Source: Mustelus asterias (lineage: Eukaryota). From it: DNA of 64,000 nucleotides. The stretch is taken from the NCBI RefSeq assembly GCF_964213995.1, contig NW_027590120.1, positions 1,612,001-1,676,000 of the forward strand. The letters are read 5' to 3'. Positions within the stretch are counted from its first letter, which is position 1. Each line of letters begins with the position of its first letter. The translations under genes were made by a program, and so were the position numbers. Under the pieces are notes generated by a model. The model did not search any database. It saw only the letters and a list, made by a program, of their open reading frames with translations, and was not told the origin of the DNA. This document shows positions 1-12,199 of this stretch, piece after piece.

Positions 1-2390
1 TCCGAAGATAAAAAAAATTGTGGAATGTTGATGCGATGTTTTTTTTTGGAGCAGGTTGTGCCAGAACAGGCACTTCTGTGTCTGGTAATGTGTAATGAGG
101 CAATCTTGATCAGGGAACTTAAGTTGAAGGAACTCCTAAGGGGCATTGACAGCAATATGATTGAATTCACCTTTCAGTTTAAGGGGGAAACTTTGAAATC
201 GGATAAAACGGTGCTACAATTGAGTAAAGGCAACTACAAGGCCGTAAGGGAGGAGCTGGCCAGATTTGCTTGGACAGGATGCCTAGCAGGAAAGACTGTG
301 GAACAATCGTGGCAGAGATTTGGGGGGACAATTCAGAAGGCACATCATAAATGTATTGCAAGAAAGAGGAAGCATGTTAAGGGGACGACGAGGCCAGCAT
401 GGCTGACAAGGGAAGACAGCAATAGCATAAAAGCAAAGGAAAGAGAATACCGTGAGGCGAGAAATAGTGGGAAGCCAGAGGATTGGGAATCCTTTAAAGG
501 CAAGCAGAGGACTACTAGAAAAAAAACCAAAAAGGGTGAAAAGATGAAATATGATGATAAGCTCGCTAGTAATATCAAAGAAAATTGCATGAGTTTTTTC
601 TTAGATATATAAAAGGTAAGAGAGAGTCAGGGATAGACTTTGGACAGCTGGAGAAGTAGTAATCGGGGACAAAAAATGACAAAGGAACAGAATGGATACT
701 TTGTTTCAGTCTTCACGTTGGAAGACACCAGTAACATGCCGAAACTTCAAGAAGGTCAGGGGGCAGAAGTAAATGTAATGGCCATCACTAAAGAGAAGGG
801 AAAGCAAGGGAAGCTGAAAGGTCTGAAGGTGTATGAATCACCAGGATTGAATTGACTACACCCCAGGATCTGAAGTGGATAGCTGAGGAGATTGTGGAGG
901 CATTGGTGATGATCATTCAGGGATAACTGGAGCCAGGGAAAGTCCAAGAGGACTGGGATAATTCTAATGTAACACCCCTTTTTGAGAAGGAAGAGAGGCA
1001 GAAGATGGGAAATTATAGGCCGGTTAGCCTAATCTCGGTGGTGGGTAAGATCTTGGAGTCCATTATTAAGGAGGAAATTGCGGACTACTTGGAAATGCAT
1101 GGTAAAATAGGGCTGATTCAGCTTGGCTTCGTGAAGTGGAGGTCATGTCTGACAAATGTTTTTGAGTATTTTGAGGCGGGAATGAAGAAATTAGACAAAG
1201 GAGAGCCATTGGACGTGATTTATTTGGAGTTCCAGAAAGCCTTTGACAAGGTACCTTACATGAGGCTGCTAAATGAGCAAAAGCCAAATTTTATTGGAGG
1301 TAATGTACTGACATGGATAGAAGAGTGGCTGACAGTCATAAGGCAGAGAGTGGGGATAATGGGGTCCTAGGGTGACTGGTGGTGTTCCACAGAGGTCAGT
1401 GCTGTGACTCCAACTTTTCACGATATATATTAATGATCTGGAAGATGGAACTGAGGGCATGGTTGCTAAATTTGTGGATCACACAAAGATATGTAGAGGG
1501 ACAGGGAGTGTTCAGGACATGGGGAGGCTGCAGAATGACTTGGATAGGATAGGAGAATGGGCAAAGAAGTAGAAGATGGAATACAACGTTGGAAAGTGTG
1601 AGATTAATCACATTAGCAGGAAGAAGAGAAGCATAGAAAATCTTCTCGATTGGGAAAGGCTTCCGAAATCTGTGCACAAGTGGACTTAGGAGTCCGAGCT
1701 CAGGACTCTCTGATTGTTAACATGCAGGTTCAGTTGGCAGTTGAGAAGGCAAATTCAACATTTGCATTCATTTCTACAGGGCTAGAATATAAGATGAGGG
1801 ATGTGCTATTGAGGGTATATAGGGCTCTGGTCAGACTCTATTTGAAATCGTGTGAGCAGTTGTTGGCCCTATACCTTAGGAAGGATGCGCTGGCCTTGGA
1901 GGGGCACCAGGAGGTTCACAAGAATGATCGCAGGAATGAAGGGTTTTTCATATGAGGAGCGGTTGAAGAGTCTGCGCCTATACTCGATGGAGTTTAGAAG
2001 GATCTGGGGGGATCTCGTTGAAACTTACAGAATACTGAGAGGCCTGGTTAGAGTGAACGTGGAGAGAATGTTTCCAGTTGTGAGAGCGACGAGAACTCGA
2101 GGGCACAAAGTCAGAGTGAAGAGACGCTCCTTTAAAACTGAGAGAAGAAGGAATTTCCTCAGCTTGAGAGTGGTGAATCTGTGGAACTCATTGTCATAGA
2201 GGGCTGTGGCGGTCAGGTCACTGAGCGTCTTTAGGACAGAGATAGATAGGTTCTTGATGGATAAGGGGATCAAGAGTTCTGGGGAGAAGGCAGGAGAGTG
2301 TGGATGAGAATCATAGTTGCCACGATTGAATGCAGGAGCAGTCTCCTTGGGCCGAATGGTCTAATTCTGCTCCTAAATCTAATGGTCTAA
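1..2390 (+). mobile_element. CR1-clade LINE, degenerate ORF2 (endonuclease linker, RT, 3' end)
   Basis: Broken ORFs carry CR1 RT motifs (GNYRPVSL.SVVGKILE, SCLTN..E, FQKAFDKVP, gvPQgSVL, YEERL..L.LYS.E.RR, RVVNLWNSL). There are many stops and frameshifts. Confidence 0.93.
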
Positions 2391-4200
2391 TGGTCTGACA
2401 TGCAGTCTGTCTTCTCACTGCTTGCTGTACCTGCATGCCTATTTTCAGCGACTGATGCACGAGGAAACCAAGTTCTCGCTGATTATCCGTCTCTCTCAAT
2501 TGAGGTCATTTCAATTAATAATCTGCCTTCCTATTAATGCTACCATCGACTGAAGACCCACAGACAATGGAACACATTGAATTATTTCCTCCTTGTAATT
2601 TGTGATATTAAACGTCAAATAACAACATGCCTGCACCTCAAGTCTGCAGAGGATCAATTGCCTCACAGTAGAATGAAAACATTGGAAGATACTGGGATCC
2701 CAACAGAGTTTTATTTTTGCTGAAATTCCTGTAACAGGAAGTCTTCGAAGGAATCGCTGAAAAATTGTTGAAGGAACTGCTCTGCAACTCTGAGGTGTTG
2801 CTCAGTGAGTTTAGTGAGATGGCATCAGAGACAATGGAGCAGGGAGAGAGGATCCCTGGAGTGATCCTCATGAGTTCTGGGCGTTAGCATCAAAGGAAGT
2901 GGAGCGAAAGAGGGAGAAATGCATCATGGATACAGAAGGCAGTGATTACAACCATAATGGTGGAAGCAGACAGCCATTGTACTTTCTTGACAGTGGACCC
3001 TTTCACTATCTAATTGAACTGTGGGAGAACAATGTATCTGCCTGTATATTTTAAACAAAATGCGAAGCTGAAATCTCTGTATCAGTAAGGCCCAGCCTGG
3101 GAACAATTCCCACGGTTTGCACTGAACTGTGTCAGATACACCCCAGGTTTCAAGAATTTCATCAATATTTTACTCTGGTAAATCTCATCAGCCCTTTTAT
3201 TTGGAAGTTTGCATTCGATGATATGTTAGTGTGAAATACACCTCAGTCACTTGGGCCACTTTATGTTTTGCACCCCTGTTCTGTTTGTGTTATATTCTAG
3301 TCTGCGGTACGCATTTCTTGTGAGCATTTCATCGGGGAATATAGAGATTCACTCAGTCAAGCCACGATGCTGCGACACCGGCCGTGCTTGGTGGGACATT
3401 GTAAAGGAAACTATTTTCTCCCACAATGTCCTGCATCGGTCTATGATGAAGCAGAGTTCGTGCTGTTCATAATTACCTGGCATGTGACAGTGACAGACCA
3501 GTTAGAAGCGAAATCATCGAGGTTCTCGCTGTTCAATCATTGGACTTTATCATAAAAAGGCGAGGTAAAGATGTATTTACAGCATAGGTCGCTGCGTGGC
3601 GCAGCAATTCTTTCATTGAATTAGGGCGAGATTTTACACCCTCGCTCGAAGATTATTTTGTTCATATTTCATTCAAGATTTAATAAAAATTTCAAAGAAC
3701 ATTTTACAGAAAAGTCTATTTTAAAGCTCACAAAAGGGAAAATGAAGATTGAACTTTGCACTGAGAATAGAACACTTGCGCTCTGAGCTGTCCAATATAT
3801 GTACAATTGTACCAAGAACCAGAAAAAGAACACAGGACTTCAAGATAAAGGAAAATGAACAATTGTGAATATGTTTCATGAAAATGTACTTATTTATACA
3901 TTAAATTCAGGGGAAACTCCAAGATACAATCATCTTACAACTATAATTATGCCGTAAATTTTAAGTTGAAAAACAGAAATACCGACAACACTTGTCTCAG
4001 TTACAAGTGCGGAACATAAACTGACGGAATGTTACTCCTCGAATCACCAAGACCAGGTATTGTATTTGTGCCATATAGACATCTTAATAATCAGCAGAGG
4101 GAAAACTACAGAATCCAAAATTCAGCCCATCATTTGAGCTGGAAAAGAGAGATAAAATAATGAAGCAGATGATTTAAAAAGTTTTTAATCAAGGAAACAT

Positions 4201-4340
4201 TTAGGGGTTTTTCAAATCCCTTCTGATTGCGATGCTGTAGAAAATGCTTAGGAAGATTAGGACGATGAACGCGGAAGCGGTTGTCCATCTGTTGCCATTA
4301 TGATCCTCATTGTCTTCAACCCAGATGCGGTCTGTGGAGT
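4201..4340 (-). pseudogene. IGHM: IgM heavy-chain TM1 exon, 3' end altered
   Basis: After the acceptor cccctag the exon reads DSTDRIWVEDNEDHNGNRWTTASAFIVLIFLSIFYSIAIRRDLKNP*. WTTASxFIVL..LSIFYS is the IgH membrane (CART) motif. The expected ..VTLVK end and its splice donor are absent. Confidence 0.9.
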
Positions 4341-4899
4341 CTAGGGGACGTAGACAAGGAAATATAATTAATTTACTTAATTGATCCAGGAAATTTTATT
4401 GTTATTTCTATATTACATTTTCACTTTCTTACGCTGTTAATTTATTCTCAAATTTAATTTTTAAACTATATCTACTGTTAAGTTCGGGAGACTCAGTAAC
4501 CGATCTCCGTAACTATCTTCACAACTGTTCATTATTTGCATTCCTTAGACAGAATCTGTCAGATAGTCCTTAAGAATTTTTCTTCAGGATCAGTCCATTT
4601 TCGAACAGTTTGGCACTATCCCTTATTGAAGTATGTTATAGTTGATATCGCGGAACGTTCACTGATCAATGATGATTATTTTAGCAGATTGCTACTGATC
4701 TGCAAACTATGAATTTTGTTGTTTAGGAATTCAGATGTGAGTTCCCATCCTCTATGTTTAGTTATGTTCGAAATGTTTAGTATATCATTAACTAGTTTCT
4801 CAGTGAGGGCACCCCTTCTGTGTATTTGTCCGTTCATTGTATAATACGGACAGTTTTCAGAGGATGTGCCAATTAATATAGTCAAGTTTGAATTTTATT

Positions 4900-6700
4900 T
4901 CAATCAGTTGCTTGCCGTTTGTATTTAAAATTTTATATTTGTGCTGTGCGTATGAGCATCTCGTGTTCTGCATTAATCTTTGATTCCGAGTTAATATGTA
5001 TGAGTGTTAATGTCCGTATTCATTTCCCTATGAATGTTCATTTGGGTATTTGTGCGTCTTCAACAGTGTGTATATTTTATTCTTCTGCAATTCTGTGTGT
5101 ATGACTGCATTATTGTGTGAAATCTATGCTTATTTCTTAATGCCACCCGTAATACATGCGCATGTGTTCGTGCCTGTTGCTCGGTAATGATCCCCCTTTT
5201 TGTATTCCACATTTCTATCAGACTATTAATGTTTACTTCCATTTCTCTGAGTCTGTGCGCGTGTCTCTTAATGCGTTACTGTATGTATTTACATCTTGAT
5301 AGTTCTTTATAACTATGTTCTAGATCTCATAGAGGTCTATAAAATAATAAGGGACATAGATCAGCTAGATAATCAATATATTTTCCCAAAGGTAGGGGAG
5401 TCTAAAACTGGAAGGCATAGGTTTAAGGTGAGAGGGGAGAGATACAAAAGTGTTCAGAGGAGAAATTTGTTCACACAGAGTGTGGTGAGTGTCTGGAACA
5501 AGCTGCCAAAAGTAACAGAAGCGGGTACAATTTTGTCTTTTAAAAAGCATTTAGATAGTTACATGGGTATGATGGGTATAGAGGGATATGGGCCAAATGC
5601 GGGCAATTGGGATGAGCTTCGGGGTTTAAAAAAAAGGGCGGCATGGATAAGTTGGGCCGAAGGGCCTGTTTCCATGCTGTAATCCTCTATGACTCGATGA
5701 CCCTATGTGTTGATATGTGTTTGTGTCTCCATGTGCACTAATGCGTGTAGTGGTGTTCTGCTCTGTATGAGCATGTTAATGCTTACGTCTGCATATTTTC
5801 ATGTGAATGTTTTGCTCTCTGTTCATCTATGTGCCTGTGTATAATCTGCTAATGTGCTTATATGTGATTATAATGTGCTATGTGTGTTAATGTGTGTGGT
5901 ATTGTTTGTCTTTATATCTGTATTCCTCTCAGCATTAACGTGTGCTAATATATATGTATTTGTTTCAGTGTATGTGTGTTCGCAGATTTATGTGGCTCTG
6001 CACGTGTGTATGTGTCTGTCCTTATTTGTGTATATGTATGTATGTTTTATGTGTGTGGGTCTGTGTAAATATTCGTGTATGTGCATGTATGCGTGCACTT
6101 GCATGTTTGTATGTGTATGTGTGTGCGGGTTTGTGTGTGATTATTTAATTTGATTGCTTGTGTGTATGTATTTGTTTTTGTGCCTGTTTGAGCATTTGTG
6201 TATTTGTGTGTGCCCATGTGTGTATTTGTGCATCTGCATAATTTCGTATGTGTTTATTTGTGGGTATGTCAATCTGTGTTTTTAAATCTGCGTGTATGGG
6301 TGTGTTGGTGTGACTGCCATTGCTCCTCTGTATGTGTGTTCAGTGGTGCCTGTGTTGTGCGTGTTTTTGTGGGCGAATGCGTTTGTGCATATTTATGTAT
6401 GCATTTTGTGTATGTGTGCGTGCGTTGTGCAAACATGTGCTTCTGTGTCTATATTTGTTTGTCTGTATTTGTATGTGTTATCCATAAATGTGCATATGGA
6501 TATACGTGATTGTGTGGTGTATGCATGTGTGTCTATGCGTACACATTTGCGTGTCTGTGCATTTGTGAGCATAAATGTGAGTATGTGTATTTGTGTTTGT
6601 ATTTGTGCATTTGTGTTGATGTGTGTGGATGTGTATGTCTATATGTGTACTTGTAATTGTGTCAGTTTTCTGCAGTATTGTCACTATGTGTATTTTTTAA
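4900..6700. repeat. TG/TATG-rich low-complexity tract in the CH4-TM intron
   Basis: Degenerate (TG)n/(TATG)n sequence, which explains the spurious Cys/Val-rich ORFs. Confidence 0.85.
5320..5700 (+). mobile_element. CR1-clade LINE 3' fragment
   Basis: Reads DLIEVYKI...HRFKVRGERY...FTQSVVSVWNKLP, followed by the ggccgaagggcctgtt and ctctatgact tail. Confidence 0.9.
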
Positions 6701-7828
6701 CTGGTATTCCAAGTTTCACCGGCAATCATTAACCTGACAATACGAATTATGCAGCATATTTTCAATGTTTGGTGTATAATTTTCTTGCATGTGAGTGACA
6801 AGGTGACATCAGCTGACCGAATGAAATAATTCATTTTTGCATCTCAGAAAACTCCAGGACAGAACAGTGAAAACCAGGGAGGATTCAATCATTGGTTTAA
6901 ATTTGGAATATGATGTATCAAAGGCAGCAAATGATTAATAGGAACAAGAGAGTTAAAACACATTAAAAGTATGTTGCATAAATGCATATTCAGTAAAAAG
7001 ATTAGCATGATGAGATTTCAAAATCTGCGGCAAGTAAACCAGAAGTCAATATCTTCAGTTGGCAACTGAATCCTTACATTAGGCAGCTCTTCCTTTCTAA
7101 AACTCCCTGCTTGGGGAGAGGAAGGATAGTGAAGTCATCGCTTCCCGTTCTCAGTGATGGAGCAATTTTTACTTTTGGCTCCATCTGTTGAGGTGCAGTT
7201 GGCTGAATAATAACGTTCTCATCTTTTCATTGAGAAAGTGGGAGTATAGTTGGATAAATAATGCCCCAACGCCCTCTCTGTATTTGTTTTATGGTGGTAC
7301 ATGGGGCTAACTAATGTCGCTCCCATCTCTTTTTTGTGAGAGTGGGGGGACAGTGAGTAAACTAATGCCCCTCCCCTCTCTTTGTTGGGTGAGTAGGAGT
7401 CCAGTGTGTTAATCATTTCACTCCCTGCCATTCTCTCTGATGGGGGCTTGTTCTTCCATGTTTCTTTGTGACCCTCGCTTCAGTTCCCAGTGGGTGTGGT
7501 GCAACAGCTTCAAGCTGACGTCAAGGTTAAAGAGATGGACAAAGAAAGAAACAGGAACACAGAGATCTAAATGTGCTGTGTTTGTTCATCAGAAATGGGA
7601 AATCGTCAGATTTCTGCTCAGCGGGAGGAAGGTTGGTGAAGTTATATCTCAGTATCCTGTGATGAATGATCTCCAGTCTATCTGTAAGTCAGGATGTATC
7701 TGAGGTGGGAGCTTTGGTTCCACAAGACGGATCCGACACTCTCTGAATATCAGATGTAAGTCAAAGAGATCAAACGGAAGTAAGAATGGAAAACAATCAG
7801 GTCAGTGATTGGGTATTTTCATTCGTCA

Positions 7829-7842
7829 TTTATTATTTTATT
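7829..7842 (-). terminator. Poly(A) signals of the secretory mu transcript
   Basis: Two AATAAA hexamers on the minus strand lie about 30-40 nt after the secretory-tail stop. Confidence 0.65.
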
Positions 7843-7869
7843 GAAGTTTTGAATGCAACTGTTTGATTC

Positions 7870-8261
7870 TCATTGACATGAGTTGACGGTGTCCATCAGT
7901 GCAAGGAAAATGTTCACAAAACTGGGTATATCGCTGGATTTATCAACCGTTCTGTTGATGATCTTCAAGGGGATGGCTTCATGTCCCACCACACAGGAGT
8001 AAGAAGCGCCGCTAGCCCACTCCTCCGTTGCAATGGATAACAGACTGTAAATGAAGAAGGAGCTATTGCCGATCTTCGCCATCACCTCGGTGTTCCTCTA
8101 GTTCCCAGGATTCAGTGGCTTGTCGTTGACGGTCTACTTGACGAAGATCTCTCGGGGAGAGAAACGTCTCACTGAGTAGCTGAGGGAGACGAATCTCTGA
8201 GCGGAGACTTCTTCTGCAGAGGGCAGGAGGACAGAGACGGACGGTTCCCACAGATGTGGAT
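7870..8261 (-). pseudogene. IGHM: IgM CH4 exon with secretory tailpiece
   Basis: Reads [60 protein letters not shown]...[51 protein letters not shown], matching shark Cmu4 plus tailpiece. Stops are at 8134-8136 and 8098-8100. The first Cys is now Tyr, and the internal TM donor GT is mutated to AT. Confidence 0.95.
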
Positions 8262-8739
8262 CTGCCGAAAATGTAGAATAAATGTCAATAAACTGGAGAA
8301 TTCCGGACACAATGAAACGGCGAGCCAGATGTTAGAGAAATAGTACCGGTGGCACTCCGCTGGTTAAAGTTTACCAGCCTGAAATGTTACCCTGATCCAG
8401 ACTCTCTGTCTTCTGTTAGTTAGCCAATTGTATATCCATGCTGATATACTACCACCAGCACTAAGGGTTTTTTTTCTTATTAAATTGCCTTCAGTGCAGT
8501 TCCTTATTGAAGGCTTTGGGAAATCCAAGTACATTACATTTATTTGTTTCCCTTGAACCTCTGGGAGAAGATGAGAAGAGTCTGGTACGGAGGTTAAAAA
8601 TAGAGCAGTAGGGTCAAATGACCTGTTTCTGTGCTGTAAATTACTGAAACTTCCTAATCCAACCCATTAATTTCCCAGAGAAAAGTGTATCCATCTCCGC
8701 TCCGAGCTGGGAAACTGGACAGATCAAAAAGATGAAAAT

Positions 8740-9290
8740 GGAGACCTATCAGCATCTACCGTGTCAAGACTCCCGAGAGTCCTACATGTCTCAGTAAGGT
8801 CCAATAAGCACAGGACAAACGTATCTCTCCTCTCATCATAAGAAAATCCTTCCTTACCCGTGATGAACTTAGTGGACTTTCTTTTGACTGTTTCCAATGC
8901 CAGTATATCTTTCCTTCGATCAGAGGAACAACCCTCTTACTGTTTTTTTGCCTCTTGTGGCAGAGTCCAGGTGCTGAGTGTATAATCTCAGAGAAAGGGT
9001 CGCCCATTGTTGAGAGAGATGAGGACGAATTTCCTCTCTCAGATGGTAGCGAATCTAAGGAAGTATTTATCGCAGAGGGCTGCAGAGGCTGGGTCGTTAA
9101 GTATTTTCAAGGCTGATATGGACATGTTTGTAATCAGTCAGGGAATCAAGGGTTATGGGGATAAGGCGGGAAAGTAGAATGGAGTATTACAATGTCAGAT
9201 CAACCAGGATTTTCCTGCATGCCAGAATGGGCTTGTCTAGGACCAAGTGGCTTACTTCTGCTCTTACGTTGTCTGGTGCATGGTCTTACT
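8740..9290. mobile_element. Old CR1 3' fragment with an internal inversion
   Basis: A minus-strand RT C-terminal piece (about 8740-8930) is followed by the plus-strand continuation and tail (about 8980-9290). Confidence 0.7.
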
Positions 9291-9576
9291 CCACCTAAAC
9301 CCAAAATTGAACAAAAATCTTCCAGAGAGAGTAAACTTGCAGGAAGTTTGGGGAAAAAATGTTGAAAGTCATTTTTTACAAGGAAGTTTTTATGTAAAAA
9401 AAACCCCTTCAGTTCATTTTCTTTCATCTACTTCTCAATTTCCTCAATACAAATTCTACAGTCCCAGAGTGATTAGTTAGTGGAATTACCAATTCTGGTA
9501 GACCTGAAATGCACCGAATATTAAATATTCACCTTGACACTTACACTGGAAGTAGGCACAATGACTCTCCACTCAC

Positions 9577-9885
9577 CTTCTTTCTTGTGGATGGAATTTC
9601 TGAAAGGAGTCGGCAGATCCTGATGGCTCACCACGCAATCAAACACAGCCCCACTCAGCCAGGCTTGTGTCGAGATGTTTAAATTGCTGAGCACGCTGTC
9701 AGGATCCTCTCCAGGCTTTTCGGCAATCTCTGCTTTCAAAGTCTTCTTTTCTGGGATCCAGGACACGCTGACTCCATAAGGAGAATCAGAAATGACGCAG
9801 GTTGATGTTACAGTCGCCTCCAGTAACACCTGTTCCATTCGCGGTGGCAGTATTGTCACTGTGGACTGAGTACAGTGGGAACAAT
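9577..9885 (-). pseudogene. IGHM: IgM CH3 exon (open frame, intact splice sites)
   Basis: cag|..[43 protein letters not shown]...[32 protein letters not shown]|gtgagt. The exon is 309 nt, phase 1-1, and matches shark Cmu3. Confidence 0.95.
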
Positions 9886-10492
9886 CTGTGAATAGATACT
9901 GAAATTCAACCCCAGTTCCCTCTTCAGAATCATAACAGAATTATTCAGCCTTCATTCTCTAAATGGGAATAAATCAACTTCCAGATATCAAACTCTAATT
10001 GTCGCCTTTTATCTTCTATAGACAATGGAATATCAGCTTGGCCTGTGAAAACTATTCTCATCGTTAAACTCGTTCATTCTAATGAATAAACATTGCACCA
10101 TTCCCAATACAAATATACAATTCCTGATCTCAGGAAAACACACTGAATAGACGGGATACACTTTTCAACTCTTTATCCTGAATCTGTTACCTGAAAAATG
10201 ATGTCAGGCACACTCTCTCTTTCTCTCTAAATATTCTGAGATGCCTCAGGCCAAAGCTGACGTCAAGTCCACCTTACACACTATATGATATCAAAGTAGA
10301 GGGAAACATTATTTCCTGTTCAGATAAAATCCTAAATGTTGAACAATCCGAATGCAGTTCTTAAATCAGAATGAAATACATGGCAGTAAATTAGAAGTTG
10401 TCCTGTGCTTTGGATTAACTTCAATGAATTCCTGATGTTCATTAACATCGGACTGCACAATGATTTATTGGTTGATGGTCGGTGCCTCTTAC

Positions 10493-10807
10493 CCAAAGAG
10501 CTGGTGATGTTCCGAATTTGGGTGAGTTCTTGATGAGTGACCTGGCAGGTGTAAACCGCTTTGCTGAACCATTCCCGAGCGGAGACTGTCAGCCGCATGC
10601 TCGCCGAGGAGTTCCCGTTCACTTTGCAGGTGGGAGAGGTGACAATTCCTGAATCCATGGGTTGTCCATTCTTCAGCCATTTCACCGCCACTGACTTTGG
10701 ATAGAAACCGACGATTGAACAGTCGATGGTTGCAACTTTGCTGCTTGTGATTTCTTCACTGGAGCTCACGGTGAGCATAACGGTTGGAGGGATGTCATCT
10801 TTCGGAC
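10493..10807 (-). pseudogene. IGHM: IgM CH2 exon (open frame, intact splice sites)
   Basis: aag|..[47 protein letters not shown]...[28 protein letters not shown]|gtaaga. The exon is 315 nt and matches shark Cmu2. Confidence 0.95.
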
Positions 10808-11017
10808 CTTCAAGAAACACATGTTAGTCATTTCTTGTAGAATGTTTTGATAACAAATAAAATTACTTATATTTTGACAATTTATTTGCCGTCAGGCGAC
10901 ACCAGAGTAGTTTTTTTCATGGAGTAGGACTAGAGATTTCTATATATGTGTTATAACCAAGGCTCGATACAGTTTAATAACAGTGTTTCTGTTCTTCCCA
11001 GGATCCTCAATACTTAC

Positions 11018-11262
11018 ATTGCATTTCAATGCTATGGTCTGATCCGCTGTGTCGAACCTCACAGTTAATTTTGCTGCATGCTCCCCCTGACTCAGTGATG
11101 GTTAACTTGCTGCTCAGGGAGGAGGTTCCCATCATGGTTTCTGACTGATGGGTAAGTCTTAAATCCAGTGGTGATCGGCTGCCCTTCTTTCTTCCAGGTC
11201 AGGCTGGTGATTTCTGGAGAGTAGCCCATCGCCAAACAGCCATAGGTGATGGAGCCGTCGTT
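11018..11262 (-). pseudogene. IGHM: IgM CH1 exon, 5'-truncated and frameshifted
   Basis: Reads NDGSITYGCLAMGYSPEITSLTWKKEGQPITTGFKTYPSVRN, then after a +1 shift near 11135 GTSSLSSKLTITESGGACSKINCEVRHSGSDHSIEMQ|gtaagt. The N-terminal strand and native acceptor are missing. Confidence 0.92.
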
Positions 11263-11469
11263 AATAATTCGACTACAATTATGATCCTATCTTCACAGCT
11301 TCGTTTTCAAATTTCAATTTGATATTCTACTACTTCTATCGTTTAGGTTTCTGCACTGATTGTCCCCTATAGAAACTCACATATCTTTCTCCGTTTCTAT
11401 CCCGGCATAATAAGAATACATTCTGCTGTTATCTGAATGACATATATTCATTGGATTAAAAGAGAACGT

Positions 11470-11900
11470 GATGTGGAGATGCCGGCGTTGGACTGGGGTA
11501 AACACAGTAAGAAGTTTAACAACACCAGGTTAAAGTCCAACAGGTTTATTTGGTAGCAAAAGCCACACAAGCTTTCGGAGCTCTAAGCCCCTTCTTCAGG
11601 TGAGTGGGAATTCTGTTCACAAACAGAGCATATAAAGACACAAACTCAATTTACATGAATAATGGTTGGAATGCGAATACTTACAGCTGATCAAGTCTTT
11701 AAGAAACAAAACAATGTGAGTGGAGAGAGCATCAAGACAGGCTAAAAAGATGTGTATTGTCTCCAGACAAGACAGCCAGTGAAACTCTGCAGGTCTAGGC
11801 AACTGTGCGGGTTACAAATAGTGTGACATGAACCCAATATCCCGGTTGAGGCCGTCCTGGTGTGTGCGGAACGTGGCTATCAGTTTCTTCTCAGCGATGC
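11470..11900 (-). mobile_element. Penelope-like retroelement 3' fragment truncating the VH exon
   Basis: Contains an IAEKKLIATFRTHQDGLNRDIGFMSHY C-terminal motif and the acaccaggttaaagtccaacaggtttatt/ggcgttggactgggg terminal sequence. The latter recurs at about 59420-59550. Confidence 0.75.
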
Positions 11901-11902
11901 CT

Positions 11903-11943
11903 CTCTGCCTTTGGCTGAGCGAACATAATCTCCGAGTGGACAC
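11903..11943 (-). pseudogene. IgM VH exon stub (leader end plus FR1 start)
   Basis: tttgtacag|GVHS-EIMFAQPKAE resembles the shark VH start VQS-EIxLTQPEAE. The frame then runs into the Penelope-like insert and stops. Confidence 0.85.
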
Positions 11944-12070
11944 CTGTACAAATATATCAAAAAACACGAGGATTAACCCTGGTGAAATGATTGCTGACTC
12001 TGCAACATTCCATAGATAAAATAACAATGAGACAGTAACAGTGAGAGGCTTGGACAATAAATCTGCTCAC

Positions 12071-12116
12071 CGGATAAGAAAGTCAGCAACAAACTGAGAG
12101 ATATCGTCGACCTCAT
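12071..12116 (-). pseudogene. IgM VH leader exon
   Basis: ATG..MRSTISLSLLLTFLS+G|gtgagc is a 46-nt phase-1 exon typical of shark VH leaders. A 127-nt intron separates it from the V stub. Confidence 0.9.
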
Positions 12117-12199
12117 CCTTCTGGTCATTAGGGGGAAATGGTTGTGTCAGGAACTCAGTGAACAAACCAGCTCCCGGACTGTTGTATTCCGGTCCCAGT

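Noticed and set aside
2920-3060. Possible IgM TM2 exon after the acceptor aatatacag (minus strand)
   Set aside because: No recognisable short cytoplasmic-tail sequence follows, so it cannot be supported without a paralogue alignment.
5854-6732. Cys/Val-rich ORFs
   Set aside because: These are translation artefacts of the TG-rich low-complexity tract.
7870-11262. IgNAR or IgW identity for the constant exons
   Set aside because: Four C exons with [26 protein letters not shown] and SAQRF.SL signatures, plus the LALMDT.NSCQ tail, fit shark IgM.
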